DNA of 64,000 bases, from NCBI RefSeq assembly GCF_006345805.1, contig NC_043002.1:116498001-116562000 (forward strand), given 5' to 3'. Origin of the DNA: Octopus sinensis. Lineage: Eukaryota. The notes under the pieces were generated by a model. That model searched no databases and was not told the origin of the DNA. It worked only from the letters and a program-made list of their open reading frames with translations. Both the position numbers and the translations under genes were made by a program. Below, piece by piece: positions 54,356 to 64,000 of the stretch. Within the stretch, counting starts at the first letter, position 1; each line of letters begins with the position of its first letter.

Positions 54356-56104
54356 GCACGTAAAGAAAACGGTGTTGTAGGATTATATGCAGCACGTGTA
54401 CTATGGCTGTACTATGGGTAGCTTAAAAACTGAGATTGAAAAGCAAGGGCGAATTATGCCTACCTAATCTACAGAAAAAAATATTTTGCATTTTATGCGT
54501 AGAAATCAGAGTAACCTTCATAATTTTATTGAATTAGGTCCATATTTTGCGATAAATGGGAAATGTTGCTACCAATCTCATTTTTTTTTTCGAGGTAGGC
54601 ACGTCCCTGGTCAACACCTTCTAACTTATTGACGATACACCTCCAGTCTCTAAAGTACAATGAACTTCTAGAATCTTAAACTTAATTTAATCAAAAATTA
54701 AATGAAATACGGGTACCTGTACTTTAATGCAAATGACAAGTCTATTACATTTGGCTTTGTCAGAGAGCGTACTGTAGAGCTGCCAGTATCAGGGAAACAG
54801 GATTAATTAAACTAGATAATTAAAGAAACATTAAATGCAAATTTATTAATTACTGTAATGACAAAGAATGTTGCAGCATTGCTACTCTTAAATTGGCTAA
54901 TTCTAGAATTTCATTGGAACTGTAAAACTAAGGACGAAGGTCTGTGAAAGTTGATCGCTGTTAGGTTTACTGTCCGTTTCATGGATGATCGTTACATCTT
55001 TGATTTCTAATGCCGTTGTGGGACACCCGGGATTCTTGAAGTTCTAGCAGCAGGAAATATTATTTTTGGCTAATCTTTTAAGTATTTCTTCCAAGTGAGG
55101 TTGCTTCGTGGGTTTTATTTCTGCCTGTAATTTTTCATGCAGCAATTGTAAATATATTGCTATTGTTCTGTAAATTCCGTAATATTGCACTCATTGTCGT
55201 CATGTATCGTACGCTTTTACAGCGCGTTGATGACCCTACAACGAAAGTCTTCCCGATTAAATGTGAGTTCTCCCATCTGACGAAGTCATAGTATTACTTC
55301 GGTCTGACATTGTCATAGCAATTTCTTGTCAGATAAATCAGGATATTGCATTATCTTTCTTTGATTACATCATTCACCAACACAACCCATCATGATAAAA
55401 TCCTTCAGCTATGTTCACATTGTCTTCTTTATCACTTCATTCAGTATGTAGCACAATGTATATCATTTCCGAACCTGTCAGATGGAGCCAAACAGGGATA
55501 TTTATCCACTCTGCCTATACATCATTGACAATCTATTTTGCCTACTCAGGAGCTAATGGACACCTTTTTCCTAAGATAAACGAAAGACTGAAATCATTGT
55601 CAACATTTTCACAAATTACACTAGACTTTCTTAAGTAGAGATATTTCTACCTTCACCTATGCTCTTGCAATGAGCCAAAGAACATCCTTCATGTTCATTA
55701 ATAAACGACGGTATACACTTGCCAACATTCAGCACATCTGACATATCCTTTTTCTTTAGAGAGTACAATATTCGTTAGTCTTAGGGCTTAGTTTAGTGAC
55801 ATATTGCTAATTGGTAAATATAGAGTATAAGAATTTTTCTTACACAAAAATTCAGCTGCGAGGTGGGTAGAACAGCTGTTCAGAATAGGAAACTCTTAGC
55901 TAGGTCTACAGATAGACACTGTGATCTGACTTATCACAAATTGTTTTTTAAGCCATTTAACGGTAAAATCTGTTGTAATCTAATCATTTTTATTAAATGG
56001 TATGTTACTGGGTAGATATTATTATATTTCAAGTCTCAGGGATATTTACTTTCTCCTATTACCTATGTTTTATATGTGAGTGTGTGTGTGTAGTTGCCGT
56101 GTTT

Positions 56105-56640
56105 GAGCAATCTAAGATGGCAAGCCTATCCTTGGAATGTTTGAATCCTCATCTTTTGTTAATGCATTTGTAGATGAGCAACGCTGTTTCATCTACATTG
56201 TGCACGTTCGCTTCGCTATGAGCTTGGCAAATTGATTCACAAACTCGGCATTTTTCTCTACACACCGTATAGAAGGAAATTTCATGATTTTTCTTGAGCT
56301 ATTCTGCTCTATAATCACACTTATTTTCTAATTCAGGTTCTTTATAGAACAACTGGCCCTGCTGCATTATCAATTTGCATAACAATGCACTGCATCACTC
56401 CAACGTTGTCGAGACCATTCCATCACCGCTCAATCATGCTCTGTACTCTCACCTTATTTCATTGCTTTTCTAATAGTCATTTGTGTATTGGAATCACTGA
56501 CTGTATAGAATTTCAATAACTTTTCCCTTTGCTCCTGTATATCATAAGAGATTGATGAACCGATACTACAGATTCACAAAGCCTGCGCACTGAAAAACTA
56601 CTGTCCTCCAGTTTTTCAACAGTTCGACTTTCCCTGGAAT
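56105..56640 (-). mobile_element. pogo/Tigger transposase remnant
   Basis: LKKNHEI, NVHNVDETALL and G-KHSKDRLAILDCSN resemble the DDE_1/CENP-B-like motifs; contains stops. Confidence 0.7.
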
Positions 56641-56892
56641 CGATATGGTGTGGTGTTTACGTATATACATCTACTTCACTGATGCACTTGCTTAAAAAGT
56701 GCATAGGTGCATGTGTATAGGCGCTTATACTACGAGGCATACACGCACACATATATCATTATACCTCGAAACAAAATGAGAAACATATAAAAACAGACAT
56801 TGATAGACACAGACTGCTATACACATGCATCACATGAACGTATACTTATATGCATACAAACACATACATACACGAATGAGCATACATATACT

Positions 56893-57414
<522 letters not shown>

Positions 57415-57419
<5 letters not shown>

Positions 57420-57993
57420 CTGAAACCTAGCGGATCTATTTTTAGTGCTAGAATAGACCACATGGTGGTTACTCTCTTATATTTATGTATAAAATTTATC
57501 GTAATCCGGGTTTTTTATGCACTAAGCCATTTGGTGTTAAATGGATGTACTATTAAATTAGTATCCAATTTTCTCTCCCTTATTAGTTGATTGTAATTAT
57601 GCTACATTTAATTTTGGATGTAGTATCGGTTTCCGTGAATTTTGGCGGGCCGTGGCAGGGGCACTTGAATTATAACAGCGAATGCAATCGACTGGACCGC
57701 ACGTGTGTTTATCGTTATGGTGAAATCTAGCGTGCGGTCGAGTAAATTGTATTCTGGACGGGTTCGGCTGAAGAGCTACAGATATATGTTATGTGAGTAC
57801 AATTACATGATTTATTAATAGCGAAACAATTGTCCTGAACTAATCTGCATTTTTGTTATGTTTATTTGCCCTGTTCGTTTGCGGTAGTGGTCGTGCTAAC
57901 TTTCATCGGAAACAATTCTTTTGTGGCTGAAACCTAGCGGATCTATTTTTAGTGCTAGAGTAGACCACATGGTGGTTACTCCCTTATATTTAT
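57415..57993 (+). mobile_element. Retrozyme-like / non-autonomous PLE-type element with terminal direct repeats
   Basis: 57415-57486 matches 57922-57993 (72 bp, 2 mismatches, 507-bp period). No convincing protein ORF; internal hammerhead. Confidence 0.7.
57761..57841 (+). ncRNA. Intact type I hammerhead ribozyme
   Basis: GGUUCGG-CUGAAGA-GCUA(40 nt)UAGC-GAAA-CAAUUG-UC^CUGAACU. Full core, 7-bp stem I, 4-bp stem II and palindromic stem III; predicted cut after C57834. Confidence 0.8.
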
Positions 57994-58007
57994 ATATACA
58001 TATATAC

Positions 58008-58040
<33 letters not shown>

Positions 58041-58117
58041 CATATATAGATACATATATATATATATATACACGTATATATATACATATATACACATATA
58101 TATATATACATATATAA

Positions 58118-61100
58118 ATACCCCGACCTGAGGAAACAAGTTGGCTAGCTGGTTCTCATCGAACCCCAGAGCCTCTCCTAGGACATCATCACTCTTATAC
58201 TCTACCATCCCTTTATAAAATACAGAGGTGGTATTCCCACTGCTGGCCTTGCCCGCCCTGTGGATTAGCACGAGTGCCTTTCGGCATTTCTTTTGCCATT
58301 CAGTCGTATTCTGTATTTTAATCAAATCGGGTGCAAATTCCTCCAAGGAGGCAGGTTGTGGGAAGAATTCCCCCGCAAGCGAATTCCACACCTGTTCACC
58401 ATCCAGGTAGAGCCAGAGATGCCTTAGCCTCAGTGCGGGTTTTCCTTCCACAATAGCGGAAAAGAAGTCGTACCAACTTGCATAGCCACGAATCAGGGCA
58501 AGGGGCAACGGTCAGGCAGTAGGTGAAAGTAGACGCAATAAACACCTGCACCACCTCCACCCTCCCTTTCAGGGACAGCGACCTTCCAGACCAGGTCCAT
58601 CCTGCCTGCCACCTCACTCAAATTCTTCTCCGTCTGGGAATCTGGTCCAAACCAAACTCCGAGCAACTTAACAGGGCCATCCGGCCAGTAACCCACGGCA
58701 CTAAAGGTTATCGGCTTGCCGCTCCAAGTGCCAAACCACAAACCGATGGACTTGTCCTTGTTAACTTTTGCCCTTGCCACTGCCTCGTATTCTTTGATTG
58801 CATCTTCTACACAAGGTAGCTGAGCTACATTGGACACAGTGATGGTGACTTACCACATCTAATTTCATTGGGGATGCCCCCTAAAACACTCTAACCTTCG
58901 CAGCTATGGCTTAATAGTCAGTATATACAGAAACAAAGACAGGGGGCACCCTTGGCCAACCGAGCGCTTGATCTTAAACGACTCCGACAGGTAACCGTTT
59001 ATTTGGATTGTGGATTCGATGCCGCCATAAATGGCCTTGACCCAACTGAGCCCAGCCCAGCCGCCTCAAGGACTACCGCCAGGTACTGGTGTCTACTCTA
59101 TCGAAAGCTTTGTTTTCTCTAAATTGACCAATGCCCCACCTTTACCGGTTACTTTACCCACCCTGTCTAAAGTGTAGCATAAGAGATGAAGATTGTCCTG
59201 GATTGACCTGCCTGTGACGGCGCATGTCTGCGCCCTCCCTACAAGTTTCTCCACCACACGCATCAACATTTTTGCTAACACCTTGGCCAAATTCTTTAAC
59301 TCTACATTGAGTAGAGTTATGGGCCTAGAATTACTAATATGATACCCCTTGTTCTGGTCTTTTCTGATCAGCATCACCACTCCCCGACTCACAGAGCTGG
59401 GAACCCTCCCATTCTGCTGCCAGTTCGTGTAGACCCAGGCCAGCAAGTGTCCGAACAAGACTGGCATACTACGATAAAATTCATACGGCAGACCATCCAG
59501 CCCCGGCGACTTGTCCCCGGTGTATTCAGCCAGCGCCTCCTCTACCTCCGCAGGTGTAATCGGCCCTTCACAACATTCCGCTTCCCGTGCCGAGAGTCGC
59601 GGTCCGCCGTCGAGGAAGTCTTTTAGAGATTCCCCACGGTCCAGCGCCCCGCTCGTCCCAAAAAACCGGGTGAAATGGTGAAAAGCCTCTTGCATCACCT
59701 CCTGTCCTTTGATCGTACGCCCCTGCTCGTCAATCAAAGACTTTACAGAGGCTTCACTGCCTCTCCGACCTTCCACAGGACGTGCCCATCCAGACTGCAC
59801 GTATTTTAGCCCTGACTCTACAACCTTCGTGTCTGGCTTTGAGATGACGGAATAACACCGCTCTCGCTGCTATCACTCTGGATGAAGAGCCAGATTCCAT
59901 GGCCTCCGCTAATTCCTTAATTAGACTCCCTTCTATTCTAGCCTTCTCTAAACTTAGCTCGTTACTAAATCTAAGAGACGCAGAACGAATGGCTCGCTTG
60001 AGGGCGCTCCACCATCTATTATAAATGATGGTGTCACATAATGTCCTCTGTACTAACTCCTTAATCCACGCACGGAAGGTTTTACAAGTCAAAACAGACT
60101 TGTTTATCTTCCTGGTCCCTGTCTGTGACACTTAACTAGGTGCACCTCACACATCACAAATTTGTGATCCGTGTAAGGGACACAACAAAAGCGTAACAAC
60201 CGTATTTCTCTAACGAATATCCTATCTAAATGAGATCTGTATGAACCGTTGTTATTAGACCACGTCCACTGTGGAACGAGCGGTTCATCCAGTCTATATC
60301 GATCTACTAGGTTATCTTTTAAGGCCAGGACTTCCTCTTCTATCAATCAAGCCAACACTATCCACCCGTGTGTTGAGAATAGTTTTAAAGTTTCTTGCTA
60401 AAACTAGAGTTTTTGAAGTTACTAGAAAGCTCTCCAGGTTTCGAAAAAACCCCAGCTCCTCTACACTCACTAGGAGCGCAAACAACTACCAACCTGAAGG
60501 ACTGCTTTCTTGCGTGTGTCACATCTAGGACGACCAGCCTACCTTCTGGGTCCAGAAAGACTGTACTTACCTGTACATCCATGTTTTTTTCTGAACAAGA
60601 CAATCACGTCCCCGTCTCTCCGTCGACTAGGAGAAATAAATTTCTCATAGTCATTTAGAAGAGGCGAGAACGCCTGTGGCCCGTTCAGTTTGGATTCCGT
60701 CACTACACATATATCAATTTCTAGTGACCTGAGGTCGTCCAGGAGACAAGTTTGCTTCCATTTCGACCCCAGGCCACGAACATTTATACAACCTAACTTA
60801 ATTTCCATGGTAGAAATAAAGAAACTTACATTTTAAGTATGGGGAGGGGCTGCATGAATTCGCCAGTCTCCCCCTCTTTTTCTTTCTGAGGTGTAGCCGC
60901 TGGGCTAAGCTCAAGTCTTTTGTTGGCCAACTCTTGGCTAACATCTTTTATGTCCTGCGGGTACCTCGCTTTAGATTCTTCGAATAGGTCTGCTTCTATC
61001 CTTGCCAACCGTATATTCGGTGGCATGTCTTGTATTGGTTGTAAAATACACGATATTTTATGCGCAGTTATTATTCTCGCTAGAACATAATTTTTCTCAT

Positions 61101-62600
61101 TGTACTTAACAATCCTTTCTCGTGCATTTTAGCGGGTAGTGGCGGGTTTCGACTTGGGGGTGGATTGGGGAGTTTTCTGTGTGTTTGCGTTGTGTGTAGA
61201 TGTTTTCTTTATCTGGGGAGGGGGGTCTGGTTCATGGGTTTTTTTTCTTCTTTGATGTGAAACCACTGTGGCAAATTCCATTTCCTCTTCGGCTTCCTTC
61301 TGTTGTGTGTTTTCTACGTTTTCTTTATTCGTTACTTTCGCTTTTACTGTGACGTTTTCTGTGACGCTTTCTGTCGCTTTCTCGTTACTTTGTTTTGGGG
61401 AAGGGACTTCAGCCTTTTTCTGTTGTCTCTTTTTTATTTTTTCGCAGTCCGAGCAGACGTACCCTTTTTCTCCACATTTAAAACATCTGGTTCTACGTCC
61501 CTCGACTGATACTCTAGCGCTCAGTCCCCACCTATAAAAATGCAATCTGGTCTCGATTCAAGCACGTCATTTGAGGCTTGGACCACCATCTCAAATGTTG
61601 GGCCTTTCCACTTTAGAGCCTCTCTCTTTTTCATCTGGAATATTGTTATCTCCTCCTCTGCGATGTAAATTACAGAAGCTGCCATCCATGTTACGTCGTA
61701 ACCAGCCGGTATCTTCTCTTTAGTTATTTTTGCAGTTCTCCGGGCCTAGGTAGGTCGAGAGCAAGATTATTTCTTCATTCTTTAACGTTTGGGTGGATAT
61801 TTCCTTTGCTGTTTCAGGGAGGTGGCGGATTTCGACTTGGGGGTGGATTGGGGAGATTTTTCTGTGTGTTTGCGCTTTGTGTAGATGTTTTCTTTGTCAG
61901 GGGAGGGGAATCTGGGGCATGGGCATTTTTTTTCTTTTATCTGAAATCACTGTGGTAAATTGCGACTCAACAGTAGAACTTCTTGCGCTTCGACCGACAG
62001 CACTTTTCTACCACCTCGTTCTTCACCGATATAATTCTTTTTTCCTTCCTGTTGAATATCTTGTAGACTACCATTCTGCCAGTTAAGTTTTGTAGCATAT
62101 CTTGTGGTGGCGACAGTTTTGTTTCGATGCCACTTTTTTTTATAAGGTTTCGAAACTTAAATAGTTGTGCCTTGGACACCTTCAACACACAAACATTTTC
62201 ACTAACAGCAGCAGAGAAACTGGGTTTTTCCTTTTCTTCCTGATTAGAAACTTGGTTATTTTCTTTCATTGCCGGGAAGTCCTCGAGTGAGTACAAAAAG
62301 TCAATATTTGACAATAATTTTAATTCAATTTTTACAAATGGCCTCTGAATTCCGGAAAAAAGCGTAAATAATTTTGTCAAAAATGGCAAAACATTTTTTT
62401 TACCTAGCAACGGGTAAAAAAATAGTCCAAGAAGTCGTGAAAAGACAATTTTCCACCCCGTACAGCGAAAATTTTCGTCAACGACGACAACAGTCCGACT
62501 TCAACTGGAGCTCAAATGTAAGAATTTCAACAGATAATCAACAACAAAAATACATTAACCAAATAAACTCACGAAGCAACAGCAGCCGCACGCATAGGAG
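58118..62600 (-). mobile_element. Tx1-type (L1 superfamily) LINE, decayed and 3'-truncated
   Basis: ORF1 zinc knuckle RCFKCGEKG-VCSDC. ORF2 APE (CINVRGL, RSHLDRIF, TDHK) and RT (KSPGLDGLPYEFY, RPITLLN, NKDKS, VKLLGVWF). The 5' boundary is approximate. Confidence 0.88.
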
Positions 62601-62742
62601 TGATAAGCAGAGGTTGGCGATGGGAAGTGGTTCTCAATGCAAATATATATACGTTTTCCAGTAATGAAAATCACTTATCTCGAAAAAGTGGAAACAAGCA
62701 ATAATAAATCTCTGAGCGATGTATAAACAGTAGCCGCACGAC

Positions 62743-63083
62743 ATCGTGAAGTATATTTGCCACCTAAATGTGGTTAACCCCTAAGGGTTGATGCTGGTGT
62801 AGCTTGTAGCCCTAGGAAGACGTCTCCTCCAGCTGGCTTTGCATTTAAAACCACTTCCCATTGCCAACCGGTGGTTGCCACACGCTGATGACCCAGAAAC
62901 TCGGGTCCTTGTGTATCGCGTTAGGCTGGAGATGGGAGTGATGCCTTCCCTTTGAAAATACTGATAGGGCACAGATAGTGTGTCAATAGCCAGCTGGAGG
63001 AGATGTCTTCCTGGGGCTACAAGCTACAGTAGCATCAACCCTTAGGGGTTAGCCACATTTAGGTGGCGGATATACTTCCCGAT
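62743..63083. mobile_element. Fold-back element / MITE with ~96-bp arms
   Basis: atcgtgaagtatatttgccacctaaatgtgg...ccagctggct versus agccagctgg...ccacatttaggtggcggatatacttcccgat. Confidence 0.85.
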
Positions 63084-63102
63084 ATATATATATATATATA
63101 TA

Positions 63103-63210
<108 letters not shown>

Positions 63211-63219
63211 ATATATATG

Positions 63220-63304
<85 letters not shown>

Positions 63305-63654
63305 GTATACAGATACATACATACATACATACATATACATACATATATAGGGACTCCTTTATAGAGTAACTAATTTTTGCCAGCTGAGTGAACTGGAGCA
63401 ACGTGAAATAAAGTGTCCTGCTCAAGGACACAATGCGTCGCCGGGAATTGAACTCACAAACTTACAATCGTGAGTCGAATGCCCTAACCACTAAGCAACG
63501 CACCTTCACACACATAAAAAAAATATATGTATATATATATATGTGTGTATATATATGTCTGTACACACACACACAAACACGCACACAAACACACACGCAC
63601 ACACACACAGACACACACACACATATATGTATATATATGTTTGTTTGTTTTTGT

Positions 63655-63880
63655 GTCTGTGTTTGTGTCCCCTCAATCGTTTAACAACTGCTACTGGTGT
63701 GTTTAAGACCCCGTAAATTAGCGGTTTAGCAAAGCTAAGCTATAAAATAAGAATAGAATAAGGCCTTAAAACAAATAAGTATTGAGGTCAATATATTCGA
63801 CTAAAAATTCGTCTAGGCGGTGCCCCAGCATGGCTGCAGTCTAGTGACTGTAGTAAGTAAAATATAAAACATTAAAGATA
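63655..63880 (+). mobile_element. OK-like SINE 3' half
   Basis: gtccc...ctggtgtgttta...aggcggtgccccagcatggctgcagtc. Other partial copies at ~14770-14980, ~39660-39800, ~43410-43640 and ~45690-45875. Confidence 0.75.
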
Positions 63881-64000
63881 AAATACATATCATATATCTG
63901 TGAGTCTGTGTGTCTGTGTGTGAGTGTGCGTGCGCTGGTGTATGTGTGTGTATGTTTGCGTAAGTATGTATACATACATATCCATGCATACAGGGGTAGT

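Overview
Eukaryotic, AT-rich, microsatellite-dense DNA with one 100-N gap (41027-41126). The SINE and LINE families resemble those I recall from octopus genomes, so an Octopus origin is likely, but this is recognition and not a database result. Much of the window is transposon debris: tRNA-derived SINEs; Dong/R4-type LINE fragments stacked at (TAA)n arrays; at least six Penelope-like (PLE) fragments; a Tx1-type LINE; a CR1 3' end; Tc1/mariner, pogo and hAT derivatives; and several long fold-back elements. Host-gene evidence is all on the minus strand: a Ser/Thr-rich stalk plus transmembrane exon (286-826), a short last exon with poly(A) signal, a candidate upstream exon (33336-33462) and a TATA+Inr promoter with a non-coding first exon (about 54.3 kb). 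These may form one ~54 kb gene, but the linkage is unproven. The most striking observation is a ~580 bp non-coding element (57415-57993) with 72-bp terminal direct repeats at a 507-bp period. It carries an intact type I hammerhead ribozyme with a palindromic stem III and looks like a retrozyme or non-autonomous PLE. Several more hammerhead-like motifs sit in PLE tails and in a tRNA-headed element.
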